The notes under the pieces are model-generated. The model made no database searches. It saw nothing but the letters and a program-made list of their open reading frames with translations, and was not told the origin of the DNA. 64,000 nt of DNA from an uncultured virus (IMG/VR IMGVR_UViG_3300025133_000065) (Duplodnaviria; Heunggongvirae; Uroviricota; Caudoviricetes). The position numbers were made by a program, and so were the translations under genes. The stretch lies in IMG/VR virus record IMGVR_UViG_3300025133_000065; one strand, written 5' to 3'. Positions within the stretch are counted from its first letter, which is position 1. Each line of letters starts with the position of its first letter. Positions 35,361 through 46,804 of the stretch are shown here, piece after piece.

Positions 35361-37066
35361 TATTCCACACTACTTCCTTCAATATAAAAATATGAATCGT
35401 AAAACTCTTCATAATTATCAAGTCGCGCCAATATTTTTTCGCCCGATTCTAAAAGGTCTAAGGTTTTTTGATCCACTTCTTTAAAATTAAGAGCAGACAC
35501 AGTACCGCCTAAATTTTCCAAATAAAATATCTTAACATCTCTTTCTGCCGTCGTTATTAAAGAAAGGGTCTGCTCTGATTGTTCAAAATTAATCTTTGTG
35601 TCTGCGCGTTGGTCAGTATTTCCACACTCAGCCTGGTTCACTAAGCCAACCTGGTTTACAGTCTCCCCCTTGATCGAATTGATAGAAAATGATGGGATTG
35701 CTAATAAATTTTTAATTTTTTCAAATGACTTTGCCGTAGCTTTAATATATTTTTTGTTTCCAAAGTCTATTGTATTTGCTGAAATCGTTTTGAAATAACT
35801 AGCATCTGTCAAATTTGTAAAAGTATTATCCTTATTGCTGTTTATTTTTATTTTTTTATCAAAACTTTGTTCAAAATTGTTTATATAACTGTTAAATAAA
35901 GAAAAATATGGAGTTGTATATTGAGAAGCCACATCTTGGTTTGATACAACTCTTTCTGTTGCCGATTTTATTTCGTCAGAAAAAAGCGTAATAACCTTAT
36001 TAACAAATGAATCAAAGTCCAAATTTGAAATTATTTCAAATTTATCAATACTTCTCTGATATTCTGCCGGTATATTGTTGCCAAATAATCTTAGAATAAT
36101 ATCAAGAACTTCTTGCCTGTTCTTTTCTGCCTTTGCTTTTCGCAAATCAGTTAATAATTGTTGTGCGATTTCAACAGTTGTATCCTTAAAATATAATATT
36201 AATCTTGTTTCATATTCTGCATAGGGATTCAGATTAGCAATAGAAAAGTTATAAAATTTATAAGTATCAGCATTTTGAACTTTAAGGTTATCCACCATGG
36301 TTGAACCAACGATTGAAGATACACCCTCAAAATCATAACCAAATTTTGCAGAATCATAAGTCGTAAGTTTGACTTGGGATGAAACTAAAAAATTTTGAAA
36401 TTGTAATTCATTATTAACATCAATTAAGTTGGGAAATTTTGTTCGTTCATCAATAAATCTTTGAGCATCTATAGCAAAAAGGCCCGTTAATATTTGATCG
36501 GTAGAGAAAGAATAAATAAGGTTAGAAGTATAGGCACTCTCATCTAACATTTCTAAAATTGTTGTTGAATCACTTTGATTGAAGGTTTTAAAGTCTTTTA
36601 TAGAAACTGATGTTAAATTAGTTTTATCAATTATGTCTTGCCTATTGATAGACAATAAGAATGTTTGCCCGAACTTAATACGGTTATCGACAATATTAAT
36701 TAAAATTTTAAAGTTTTGACCCACTATTTGATTTAAGTCTATTTCAATAGATGAAATCATATCTGCGGCGGCAAAAACGGTATCTCCAGGTGCAACTGAA
36801 AAAAGCCTTTTTCTAACATTATCACTTAACTCTATTGGAAAGCCTGAATCTTGTAAAGAAGACAAGTCTTGTTCTGATAGAGAAGTAATTTTTATTGTGT
36901 CAAAAAAATTGTTTAAATTTGAGATGTTTAAGTCAAAGTACAATTTTTTGTTTACTCTGTAAAAATTAGAAGCGGATACCGTCATATCAGACTGTTCAGA
37001 TGGAAAGACTTGTAAACCCTTCACACTATTTTTTGCTTTGGAATAATCTATATTAATAAAAGACAT
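35360..37066 (-). CDS. Hypothetical protein
   Basis: 568-aa AT-rich ORF coupled to the next gene by TAATG. Confidence 0.6.
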   Translation of the reverse strand: MSFINIDYSKAKNSVKGLQVFPSEQSDMTVSASNFYRVNKKLYFDLNISNLNNFFDTIKITSLSEQDLSSLQDSGFPIELSDNVRKRLFSVAPGDTVFAAADMISSIEIDLNQIVGQNFKILINIVDNRIKFGQTFLLSINRQDIIDKTNLTSVSIKDFKTFNQSDSTTILEMLDESAYTSNLIYSFSTDQILTGLFAIDAQRFIDERTKFPNLIDVNNELQFQNFLVSSQVKLTTYDSAKFGYDFEGVSSIVGSTMVDNLKVQNADTYKFYNFSIANLNPYAEYETRLILYFKDTTVEIAQQLLTDLRKAKAEKNRQEVLDIILRLFGNNIPAEYQRSIDKFEIISNLDFDSFVNKVITLFSDEIKSATERVVSNQDVASQYTTPYFSLFNSYINNFEQSFDKKIKINSNKDNTFTNLTDASYFKTISANTIDFGNKKYIKATAKSFEKIKNLLAIPSFSINSIKGETVNQVGLVNQAECGNTDQRADTKINFEQSEQTLSLITTAERDVKIFYLENLGGTVSALNFKEVDQKTLDLLESGEKILARLDNYEEFYDSYFYIEGSSVE

Positions 37067-37076
37067 ATTTTAGTTC

Positions 37077-38012
37077 CTATAAGTCCACACATTCATCATT
37101 AATTTTTTCTAAATTATCTGGCTCATCTACAAAAGTAAACCCTTCTCTTGTCGTGTTTACTTCTACATCTGTGGAAATATTAAAGTACCAACCAACAGAT
37201 GCTGGATTTAATTCTTCTTCATCAAAAAACAATCTTCCCAAGCTCGCTGTTTGAAAATTATTAGTATATTGATATTTAAAAACTTCAATGTGGAAATCAT
37301 CTTTTCCACTTAAAACATTTTTTTCCTCAACCAACATTGTAAAATCATTAAAGTTTTTATCAAACAAAATAAAAGTGTCATCCCCCTCTCGTTTAAACAA
37401 GTCGTTAAAATCGATATTTAGGTTTTCTTGAACATCTGAATGATATGAAGATTCAATATCATCTTTATTAAAAGAAAACCTGTTGTAATTATATGTACAA
37501 GCTAAATCTAATTGTGGAATTTTTTCATAAGAGGGACCAATTGTGCCACCCTCAAGTTCTAATGGGGCAAAAGACATCTCTGAAGAACCGGTAAATAGAC
37601 TGCCGTCCTCTGCCACTATTTTCCAGGCTGGTCTATAATTTGAATATGGTGTAAAAGTTCCAAGACCTTCAATTGGTTTATTTTCACTTCTGAACACTAG
37701 AGGAAAGTTTATACCAGATCCCCCAAACAAATTCTGTAAAACAATTTGAATAGCCTCTGCTTCCAGTGTTTGTGTGTTTTTAACTTCCTGTTTTGCAGTT
37801 GGAGTTCTGAGTGTCAATTTATTTTTTATTCTTGCCTTTATCTCATTTTGTTGTTCTATCGAGCCAGACATTACATATTGTTTATCATAAACAATATCTT
37901 CATCCATAAACTCATAACTAGCAGGTTTGAAACGACCCTGAGACAAAAGTTGGCGACCCAAACGTGTTAATTGAACTTCCAAAACTTCTTCTTTTTTGTT
38001 AAAAAACGTCAT
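37077..38012 (-). CDS. Hypothetical virion protein
   Basis: N-terminal EVQLTRLGRQLLSQG.FKP..Y.F.DEDIVYD, similar to 31748..32725. Confidence 0.6.
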   Translation of the reverse strand: MTFFNKKEEVLEVQLTRLGRQLLSQGRFKPASYEFMDEDIVYDKQYVMSGSIEQQNEIKARIKNKLTLRTPTAKQEVKNTQTLEAEAIQIVLQNLFGGSGINFPLVFRSENKPIEGLGTFTPYSNYRPAWKIVAEDGSLFTGSSEMSFAPLELEGGTIGPSYEKIPQLDLACTYNYNRFSFNKDDIESSYHSDVQENLNIDFNDLFKREGDDTFILFDKNFNDFTMLVEEKNVLSGKDDFHIEVFKYQYTNNFQTASLGRLFFDEEELNPASVGWYFNISTDVEVNTTREGFTFVDEPDNLEKINDECVDL

Positions 38013-38027
38013 ATATACCCTCTTTAG

Positions 38028-38035
38028 TAATTAGT
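38028..38035 (-). promoter_or_regulatory. Putative late promoter (ACTAATTA)
   Basis: Overlaps the stop of the giant ORF, 15 nt upstream of the ATG at 38012. Confidence 0.4.
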
Positions 38036-41000
38036 TTTGTTGGCATTTCTGCACAAGCTCATTGTATTTATTTCTTTTGTCAAGGGGTAAAGCTTCAACT
38101 CCCACATCGTCTGCAATTGTTTGCAATGCATCAAGCTCACCTATTTCTAATTCTGTACAAACTATTCTACTTCCGTTATCAAAATTAACTGCATTTATTG
38201 TTGTTGCTCCTATTGTTAATCCAGTGTTTGCTTGGATTGCCTGTGTAGGGGCTTGGGCTTCAGCCCTTCTTTCAACCGCTCTTTCTTCCACAGACTCCCT
38301 TTCTATCACCCTCTCAATGGTTGTTCTCGCGGGTGTAATTATTGAAATGCCACATAATTCTGATAAGGTGATATATTTTGCTCGCTGTTCAGCAGTTGCG
38401 AAATCCGAATCAACCAAAAATCTTAACCTCTCAAACTCATTTAAATTTTCCTGGGTACATCTTTTAATCACTCTTTCAGCAAGTCTTGCCGGTTGTGGCT
38501 CAGAAGTAATCTGAATTGGCTGGCCTAGATTAATAGCTTCGACCAAAACATCTTCTGGTTTTATATAACCGCCACCTGTAATTTGTCTAATTCTGTCTGG
38601 ACTATCATTGCGAACCTCAAATTCAACATCCATCTTCCCCAGTTCTACTAAACTAAATTGATCGTATGGGTAATTAAACGAAAAGCGGCTAGCCCCTGAT
38701 GATTTATAAGCCCTAACGCCTGTTTTATTTTCAAGCATTTTGTAATAATCATAATTTGCCCTCTTTTTAACTTTAAATATTTTCCATTTAATATCGTTTG
38801 GAATTGATTTTAATCCATTATATTTAAAAATAGTTGGCGATAAAAGCTCACCATCTGCGATTGGGTGCTCTAAAGTTACTTTCTGTTTTTCAGCTTGTGT
38901 TGCAATAGTTGGCATCACCCCCTGCCAAATATTTGCCAAGTCTTGTTTTGTCAGATCGCTTGAAAATTCAAAAAAGTACATGGCAAATGGCGGATAGGTG
39001 GGCTCAAAGGACTGTTTATCTCTGATAATCTGTCTTGCACCATCTCTTGTATGAACAAAATCATAAACCGGGGGCAAAACATATTTATCCATTTTGGTAA
39101 TCATATCTGAAATAGAATCTTCTGTAATTTTATTTGTTCTGACAGAAGTATATCTGCTTTCAAAAATGTTTATTGGCAATTCAAAGAAGTTTTCCTCACC
39201 AGTTTCACAATCAACAAAGAATGGAACTGCACAGATAGCCTCTTCAATAATTTGGCGGGGCTTAATACCTCCAAAGCCTTTTGCTGTAGTTTCAAACCCA
39301 ACAGCCTGAATTAACGAGCCCGTTAAAGCAACATTGCTAATTTGAGATTCTTCCAATCTAACATGAACTCGCTCTCTTGGGTTGGAACTTGCAAGTGTCC
39401 CATATTGATGCCACATACCCCTTGTCGCACCAACGCCGCCGTCTGACGATGTAGCGACGTTGTTAAAGTTAAGGACTGGGCATTCCCATTTTGAACGAAT
39501 TATCCATCTATTTTCCTTATCTACCTCAAATAAATCAAGGCTTGCAGTAATTTTCATAAACTTAATTGAATTTGATAAATAATTTTGATGTTCTATTGTT
39601 GAATTGGCAACAACGTCTGCTAAACTAAACCTTGTCTGCCCCGCTCTACTTGTTGTAGAAATTAGATTTGTGGGGTCGAAAATCAAAGTAGCTTTTGTGA
39701 AGGACGCTCGGTCCGAGCCAGCGTTCATCAGGCCGCCCAAACAGTATTCACTTGGGGATGCAGCATCATTATTAAAATAATACCCTGGTGGGCAGTGATG
39801 ATTATATGGGAAGGTACCAAAAGCTGCACCATTTCCATACTGCACGAAACTAGCTGGATTTTCAATAACAATATCCATTGCAAATTTTTTAATACCACTA
39901 CTTGAGGAAAGTGGTCCCTCAAAAGTCCATTGGGCTTCTGGGGAAGATTTAAAAGTTGCCAAATCGGATAAGAAAAAGTCAGGTACTTCTGCAAAAAAAT
40001 TATGAGCCATTAATTCATAAACACCATCACTCTTATTCACGGACCCACTGCTATTGAGAGGAGCGCTTCCATTATTAGTTATATGGGTTATCGTACTAAC
40101 ATATTCATTAGGATTTATGATCGCTTCAAAAGGCGCAGTTGAGTCATAAGCAGTATTTATATCTGGTGCCGGATTACCCGCTGAACCTGATTTGTAAGGA
40201 AATTCTACTGCATAACCAGCTTTAATGGAATTTAAACCAATACCCGGTGACCAAAATGGAATGAGTGTCGTTTCCTGTGTTGCATCTGATCCCAATGGGA
40301 CCGATGAGTTCCCTGTGCCGCCTAACTCGACGTAGGTTGAATTGGCATGCGATGCTGAAAATTGCTGTGCTAATTGAATAACTCTTTGTTGTGGATAAAA
40401 ACCTGTTTTTGGTAATAATTTTTTAGTCGTATCGAAACTCAACCTAATGGCTGTGGGCTCCCCATAAAAATCTTTTAACTGTTTAAGATAAGTAGTCTTT
40501 TCTGTTTTACCGTATCTTTCCGCAAAAGAATTACCAGCCAAGCTATCACTTCCTGTCAAACTAAATTCATAAAGACTCTCATTTAAGAAATCTCCATTAT
40601 TATCCACTATAACAGTATTAATAAAATCAGAAATTACAAACTCTGGAATAATTGTCTCATCTTGGCCAATTAATCTCGTATCCACAGAAAACTCACCATA
40701 AGTTGTATAAAAAGCCCCTGTACCTGCTTGAGACTGTACTGTATTTTTTGGACGACACTCACCCATATTAAATGAATATCTAGCGTTTGCTTCATTTTCA
40801 GCCAATCCTACGCCTGTTGAGCCCGTATTTCTCATTAATTCGCCAGAGGTTTCAGCTTGATTAGAACCAGATGTACTGACATCCATAGGCCACTGACTGG
40901 CATTTATTAAATAGCCTTGCGAGTTTGTAATTGAATCCGCAGTTCTAATATCTAAAATATCATTAACCCAGAAAGAGAGATAGTTAAGTCGTTCTCTTGT

Positions 41001-44000
41001 TTCTTCTTTATAGATATTCTCATCTTTTGGGTATACAGCTTCTTTATAGTTTATGATATTAAATTTCTGACTAAATCTATAAAAATCAGTTTTATTTATA
41101 TCAACTGTTGAGGCACCCATTTCCAAATTGTAATCTTTTATTTCATTGGAGCTAACATCATAAGTGTTAGCATAATAATGTAAATCATTACCAAGCTCAT
41201 ATTGAATTGATCCAGTCCCTTCATCTACAAACTGTCTGATTGGTTTAAACTTAGCAGTTACAGGGGCCTGATTTATTGAATACTGCTCGCCAAAACGAAG
41301 TCTTCTCTGTCGATCATCACTCAACACATCTATTTGATTTCTGTAAATGTTTTGTTGCCAAAATTCTCTACCAACACGATGTTCGCCACCTCTAATCTGT
41401 TTAAAGGTTGGGTGTTGATATGGGCCATTATTGCTTAACAATAATCCATTTAGTAAAAATGGAGCAGTGTCTGCATCAAAATCAGGTAAGCTGTAATAAT
41501 CACCTGGGCCATCAGATGTTGATGCAGTTGTAAATAAGTTTCTGTCCAAATCTATATCGCCAACAACAATATAATTGGTTGCGTTAAAAGCAACAGAGAC
41601 CGGGACACTGCCACCTACACCATACTCAATATGCCCCTCTGATGTATGTCTGATGTTGTCTGAATACAATCTTCCATATATTGGCGAGTAATCACTGGAT
41701 GAAATATTATAATCAAAATCACTTTGATTCTGACCAAACGCTGGATTTCTCCCGCTCGCCGTTAATAACCCTTCGGTCGAATTTAAAGTAGCAGAATTTG
41801 GATAACCTGTCTTTCTTGCAATCCACGAACTTGCGACCCAACGATATTGCACATCAGTTCTTGGAATTCCATGTCCAATATATGAGTTATCAAAAATTGT
41901 TTCTGGTGTTTCCAGTGAGGCAGATATTTTGTATATTCCATTTCGGGGAGTTTTATAAAAAGCCCCTGTTGGCTGTAATAAAACAGAATCGTACCCACCG
42001 CTCAAAGCGTGTCTTACCAATAATTTATTATTTTCCATCCTGACAATAACATTTCTGTAATTTAAATTATTGTATACTGAGTATTCTGCGGCCTCAACAT
42101 CTAAAAAGGCAAGCGAATTAACTTCTGGGCCGCCTGGGGCACTAAACCTATTAACAATGATAAAATTATTACTACCCGTTGTATCGCGATTTAAAATTCT
42201 AAAGTCTTTGTAGAAAAACGTTCCAGCATCATCATATGATATATTACTCGCATTATCTACTGTTCCAGTGTATCCATTAGATTTTACATAATATCTGTTA
42301 TTTTCTAAGCGACCGCTTGTTTGAACAATTTCATAATCGTAAAAATAATTTGAACCACTAATATTTTTAATATTAACCGGCCTTTTTGCTGCCGTATCCC
42401 TCAACCAGTGGCCCAATGGCCTGTCTTTTGTGAATTCTGGTTCAGGAGTTGAACCACTAACCATTCTTGGACTGTTGATATGAATTGTTTGATTTTCTAC
42501 AACATTAAATTGATAGCCCTCTTTTCTAACAATCGGGTCAGTCTCTAAGAGATTTCCGTGGCGATACATGTAGCCACCGACATGCTCTTTTGTGAATGGG
42601 CCTTGAAGGTTACTACCCTCTGCCCCATTATAATCTCTATGTTTTGATTCAACCTTTACTTCAAACCCTCTGTCAAATAGATATTGTTGATACGGAGCAA
42701 CAACATTTGAAGCACTTAATACATCAAAAGGCAAGTAGTTTTGTCCTGGTAGTTTTTTAGAGTTTGTTTCGTCAAAGATATTAAGAGGAGTCAAGCGATT
42801 ATTATCATAGGTTTCGTCTCTTGCGTCTTCGTAATCATAATATGGTTTGCCATCTATATTTGTTATGGTTTTTTGAACTTCTAAAGAAAGGCCATCTTGT
42901 CCAACAGTCCCACTTGACAAGTTAAAAGAATTTGGAAAATAATTTTTTCTATTCTCACCAGCAAATCCAACATTAGTTCCGATTGCCCTTGTTGCATCCA
43001 CCCTAAAAACAAATGGAGATTGTCGTGAACCTGTTGCAATCTGAGATTGATTTGCCTTTATTTGAATTCTATTCCAATCAACACTATCATTACCGGTTGA
43101 TAAAATTTCGCCTGTACCTCTATTGGCCCTCGTTCTGAACCAGAAGGGGGCTTCACCCTGCTTTGTAGCTAATGGACTTGCTGGTGCAATAACCTCTCTC
43201 GTCTTTAACGGTATTTCAGAGGCAGAGGGCTTGGGTCTTAAAGAACCTCGATCTCTTACTTTTCCCTTTCTTATTTCTTCAGGAACTTTTCTTGCTACAT
43301 TTATATCATTCTGGATTGGACCACCAATATCTATTCCAATTGGAAATTCTATAACAGGTTTGCCAGTTGGCGTTGTATCAGTTATTTCTATATTTGGGTC
43401 TTGCTTAATAAAATCTTCTTTTTTATACCCTTTTAAAGCAACATATTTATGGATATATTTACTTCTTTCTAAAATATGACTTTCGACAATATTTCTAACT
43501 TTATCTGAAGTCCTTGCAGATGCTGGAATTAAATTAGCTATAACGCTATCTAACGCTCCATCGATCCATTTATAAAGATTTACAAACTTGTCTAAATCAG
43601 GATTGTTTTGGATATTTTCAAAGAAAAGGCCCCTTAATTTTTCTAAAGCTTTATAATTTGGCCTATACATATTGACAGGATTACCAATTAAGCTATTAAA
43701 ATCATTAATTGAAGCAAAAAATCCAAGCATTTCTCTTGAAATAGTATCATATAAACTTGTTTCAACTGCAAAGTAGTATTTGCTTGGGCGACTTTCTCTG
43801 GTAAATAAATTATCGTCCCCTTCTCTAATCTCTACCAAGTCTGAACTATAAAGGTTTTCTGGTAGCTGTTGTTTAGCTGCATCCACAAATAAGAAATCTA
43901 CAACTTTTGTTGAGCCTGCTGTAACTCCCGCACCTTGACCACTATAATTTGCTCCAACACATCTGGAGTAGTCGCCAGCCGCATATCGATTATCTATATC

Positions 44001-46772
44001 AGTATTAGAACCTGAAGTAGTATCTTGAATTAAGAATTTACCACTTGAGTTTGAACCTGTTATATTTTCAAAATTCCAGTGAAGGGCCAAGGTTTCAATT
44101 TTTGGGATATAGTTTTCTGACTCTTGACCCTCAAAAATAAAAGAATTTTTATAAGGGCTTAAACGGCCAAAACTACTAACATCTCTTGCATGATTGCTTA
44201 ATTCTATATTTGTTAAATAATCAAACCAAATTCTTGAAGAGACCACCCTTGTATTGGATTTGTAGTTTAAAGACCCAGTTATATTTTCTCGATCTGCGCC
44301 GACGTATAATCTTTTATTTGACCCTGTAATAAATTGACCAATATCATTTGATAGGTTAATTTCTGCGGAGGTACTAAATTCATGTAGTTTATAACCTGCA
44401 ACATAATTTACGCCATAAAATTCTAAATCGAATACATCAGATGCTGTAATCTCTTGAGCGTATGGATACTCTCTTGGCTTAGTCCTAACGGCAAAAGTCC
44501 ATTCTGTGTTATCATATACATTTTCATAAAAAGAAGAGGTTAAAGAACCGACCGAAGCAATATTAGTCTCCAGTGTAAATTGTGTTTTATTTAAACTATT
44601 TGTATCTGCATATACTTTAAAATATAAATCATCAGATGGAATCGTTGTCTGGGCAGTATCGTTACTTGCACTATGAACACCAAATAAAGAAGATCTTGTT
44701 AATTTGTCTAAATAACCGTTTGGAAAATCTACAAATTTTGGAAACTGAAACTGACCTTCGAATGTCAATGGGATATAGGCATTAGATGATGATGGAATAT
44801 ATCCATTATCACCAGTTTCAGAAATGTTTTTTGTCGCATCGGCAAACTGATATAAAACAACTTCTCTGTTTTGACCATCATTATATCCTGATAAATCAAT
44901 AACATTTCTTTTAATCTGTGAAGTTTCATAATTTTCTCTAATTTCGTATTGCTGGTTGTCAGAATACATATTTAATCGAACAAGCTCATCATCGACACCA
45001 AAGCATCTAAATAAGTTTCTGAAAGACTTTTCAGTTCCTTTAGACTTGTTGATATAATTTAAATTATTAAAAATATTTTGAAAGATTAAATTTTTTAAAT
45101 TAAAAAGTTTATCCTCATAAAGCCTTTTTTCGTCTTTAAAATAAATCTCTTCGATAATTTCTGGGTCAATAAACACATCAGGAATATCAAACCCATAAGA
45201 TGTTAAATTTCTTTTTGAGAAAGGATTGGGTTTCGCATTTGAGCCACTAACATAAGAACCATCTTGTAGCTCTGTAATCGCCGTAATTTGACCGTAGAGC
45301 GTGTCTAAGTAGCTCGACATAACTTGGGTCATCTTACGGATTAAAAGCCCGTTGGCGGCGTCCTCGTCCCTTATCCACTGCGGCATCATATTGTATGTGC
45401 TGCCCAAGTTGTTGGCATCGTATGCAGAACCCGAAATAATCTTATCAGCCTTATAGGAAACAACACTTGGATGTGTTGAATAGATAATTGGATCGCCAAC
45501 CTCAGTTGTAGTTCCTGATTCTATTATTGCTGAACCGGTCGCTCTTGAACCGGCTGAGTAGCCGACCCATACACCATTGGTTAGACGACCAGAGGAATCA
45601 AGCACAATACTGTCAGTTGCAGTTACTCCAGTATTACCTTCATTGAATTTATAATATAAAGACAGTCCAAGCGGGCTATTATCATTTACCTTTGCAGTAT
45701 CAGTATTACCACCGCCGCCGATATCATAAAAGTAATTAATACCAATTTCTTTAGCATTTCTTGTAGTTTTCCATAAGCGAACTTCATCAACAGATCCGAG
45801 CAGACCACCATCACCAAGATAGGCACTTAAAGAAGATGCGCCAACCGTAGCGTCCAATGTCCCTGTTAGATAATGATCGGGACTACCTTTGGTATAGAAT
45901 TTTTTCTCACGAAAATGTCCATCAACATAAAATTCACCAATATAACCAGTTGAGCTTGTAGAGAAAGAAAAGGCATAGTGGTGCCAGTTTCCATCTGCCA
46001 AGCCATTCCCAGTAGATCCCGAAATGCCAGTATCAAATTCATAAACAAACTCTGGTGTAAACGCCGCAGTTTTAGAGAAAGTAGCATATAATTTTTCTCT
46101 TCCCGAACCTGTAACATCTGTTGTTATCTGAAATAGATCATTTATTGTATGATCAGTGTTGCTAATTGAAAAGACTACTTCATTTTGGGTTTCTGATGAA
46201 TCTGGAAAAGTATCCTTCTTCATCCATAACTCAACAGTGGCACCAACAGAGAAGTCGATTTCTATACTTCCAACCTGTTGTGACCCGGCATTATAAACTA
46301 AATTATTTGAATAGTTGTCTGTAATGATATAATGATCAGTAGAACTTTCACCAAGAGTAAAAGTAATATCTCCTACTGTAAACGGTGTACCGAGCGAAGC
46401 AAGAAAGCTTTCATCCCCAAAGTCGGCATAGCCAACAGATCTTGGATAATTTTTATCAAATTCGTGCTTTTGGATTGCAACGAGTCCATTGCGATATTTT
46501 AATCTTTCCGCAAGAGATCCATCATATGGATATGCCTGAATGACACTATCCACCAAATCTACATAGTAGTCTTCAGCAGAACCGTACTTTACAAAGTTTG
46601 CAGGATTTTCAAAATCAAGCTGAGGGGCAAAATCCAACTTATCTATTGAATATTCTTTTATATATTCAACAGACTCGACATTTTGCTTTACATTATCGAT
46701 TGTTGATTTCTTTTGTCCGCGAATTTTTACTTCTTGTGACTTTTGCTTATTAAAAAAACTTTTTGTACCCAT
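38031..46772 (-). CDS. Giant (2913 aa) virion protein with LamG-like domains, probably baseplate-associated
   Basis: TVELWMKK, DGNWHHYAF, FYVDG, GSVDEVRLWKT.R, YYKFNEG and a second similar unit ending LHWNFE; follows the baseplate wedge genes. Confidence 0.7.
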   Translation of the reverse strand: MGTKSFFNKQKSQEVKIRGQKKSTIDNVKQNVESVEYIKEYSIDKLDFAPQLDFENPANFVKYGSAEDYYVDLVDSVIQAYPYDGSLAERLKYRNGLVAIQKHEFDKNYPRSVGYADFGDESFLASLGTPFTVGDITFTLGESSTDHYIITDNYSNNLVYNAGSQQVGSIEIDFSVGATVELWMKKDTFPDSSETQNEVVFSISNTDHTINDLFQITTDVTGSGREKLYATFSKTAAFTPEFVYEFDTGISGSTGNGLADGNWHHYAFSFSTSSTGYIGEFYVDGHFREKKFYTKGSPDHYLTGTLDATVGASSLSAYLGDGGLLGSVDEVRLWKTTRNAKEIGINYFYDIGGGGNTDTAKVNDNSPLGLSLYYKFNEGNTGVTATDSIVLDSSGRLTNGVWVGYSAGSRATGSAIIESGTTTEVGDPIIYSTHPSVVSYKADKIISGSAYDANNLGSTYNMMPQWIRDEDAANGLLIRKMTQVMSSYLDTLYGQITAITELQDGSYVSGSNAKPNPFSKRNLTSYGFDIPDVFIDPEIIEEIYFKDEKRLYEDKLFNLKNLIFQNIFNNLNYINKSKGTEKSFRNLFRCFGVDDELVRLNMYSDNQQYEIRENYETSQIKRNVIDLSGYNDGQNREVVLYQFADATKNISETGDNGYIPSSSNAYIPLTFEGQFQFPKFVDFPNGYLDKLTRSSLFGVHSASNDTAQTTIPSDDLYFKVYADTNSLNKTQFTLETNIASVGSLTSSFYENVYDNTEWTFAVRTKPREYPYAQEITASDVFDLEFYGVNYVAGYKLHEFSTSAEINLSNDIGQFITGSNKRLYVGADRENITGSLNYKSNTRVVSSRIWFDYLTNIELSNHARDVSSFGRLSPYKNSFIFEGQESENYIPKIETLALHWNFENITGSNSSGKFLIQDTTSGSNTDIDNRYAAGDYSRCVGANYSGQGAGVTAGSTKVVDFLFVDAAKQQLPENLYSSDLVEIREGDDNLFTRESRPSKYYFAVETSLYDTISREMLGFFASINDFNSLIGNPVNMYRPNYKALEKLRGLFFENIQNNPDLDKFVNLYKWIDGALDSVIANLIPASARTSDKVRNIVESHILERSKYIHKYVALKGYKKEDFIKQDPNIEITDTTPTGKPVIEFPIGIDIGGPIQNDINVARKVPEEIRKGKVRDRGSLRPKPSASEIPLKTREVIAPASPLATKQGEAPFWFRTRANRGTGEILSTGNDSVDWNRIQIKANQSQIATGSRQSPFVFRVDATRAIGTNVGFAGENRKNYFPNSFNLSSGTVGQDGLSLEVQKTITNIDGKPYYDYEDARDETYDNNRLTPLNIFDETNSKKLPGQNYLPFDVLSASNVVAPYQQYLFDRGFEVKVESKHRDYNGAEGSNLQGPFTKEHVGGYMYRHGNLLETDPIVRKEGYQFNVVENQTIHINSPRMVSGSTPEPEFTKDRPLGHWLRDTAAKRPVNIKNISGSNYFYDYEIVQTSGRLENNRYYVKSNGYTGTVDNASNISYDDAGTFFYKDFRILNRDTTGSNNFIIVNRFSAPGGPEVNSLAFLDVEAAEYSVYNNLNYRNVIVRMENNKLLVRHALSGGYDSVLLQPTGAFYKTPRNGIYKISASLETPETIFDNSYIGHGIPRTDVQYRWVASSWIARKTGYPNSATLNSTEGLLTASGRNPAFGQNQSDFDYNISSSDYSPIYGRLYSDNIRHTSEGHIEYGVGGSVPVSVAFNATNYIVVGDIDLDRNLFTTASTSDGPGDYYSLPDFDADTAPFLLNGLLLSNNGPYQHPTFKQIRGGEHRVGREFWQQNIYRNQIDVLSDDRQRRLRFGEQYSINQAPVTAKFKPIRQFVDEGTGSIQYELGNDLHYYANTYDVSSNEIKDYNLEMGASTVDINKTDFYRFSQKFNIINYKEAVYPKDENIYKEETRERLNYLSFWVNDILDIRTADSITNSQGYLINASQWPMDVSTSGSNQAETSGELMRNTGSTGVGLAENEANARYSFNMGECRPKNTVQSQAGTGAFYTTYGEFSVDTRLIGQDETIIPEFVISDFINTVIVDNNGDFLNESLYEFSLTGSDSLAGNSFAERYGKTEKTTYLKQLKDFYGEPTAIRLSFDTTKKLLPKTGFYPQQRVIQLAQQFSASHANSTYVELGGTGNSSVPLGSDATQETTLIPFWSPGIGLNSIKAGYAVEFPYKSGSAGNPAPDINTAYDSTAPFEAIINPNEYVSTITHITNNGSAPLNSSGSVNKSDGVYELMAHNFFAEVPDFFLSDLATFKSSPEAQWTFEGPLSSSSGIKKFAMDIVIENPASFVQYGNGAAFGTFPYNHHCPPGYYFNNDAASPSEYCLGGLMNAGSDRASFTKATLIFDPTNLISTTSRAGQTRFSLADVVANSTIEHQNYLSNSIKFMKITASLDLFEVDKENRWIIRSKWECPVLNFNNVATSSDGGVGATRGMWHQYGTLASSNPRERVHVRLEESQISNVALTGSLIQAVGFETTAKGFGGIKPRQIIEEAICAVPFFVDCETGEENFFELPINIFESRYTSVRTNKITEDSISDMITKMDKYVLPPVYDFVHTRDGARQIIRDKQSFEPTYPPFAMYFFEFSSDLTKQDLANIWQGVMPTIATQAEKQKVTLEHPIADGELLSPTIFKYNGLKSIPNDIKWKIFKVKKRANYDYYKMLENKTGVRAYKSSGASRFSFNYPYDQFSLVELGKMDVEFEVRNDSPDRIRQITGGGYIKPEDVLVEAINLGQPIQITSEPQPARLAERVIKRCTQENLNEFERLRFLVDSDFATAEQRAKYITLSELCGISIITPARTTIERVIERESVEERAVERRAEAQAPTQAIQANTGLTIGATTINAVNFDNGSRIVCTELEIGELDALQTIADDVGVEALPLDKRNKYNELVQKCQQN

Positions 46773-46804
46773 ATCTTTATAATTATTTTGTTGTTAAGTT
46801 TTCA

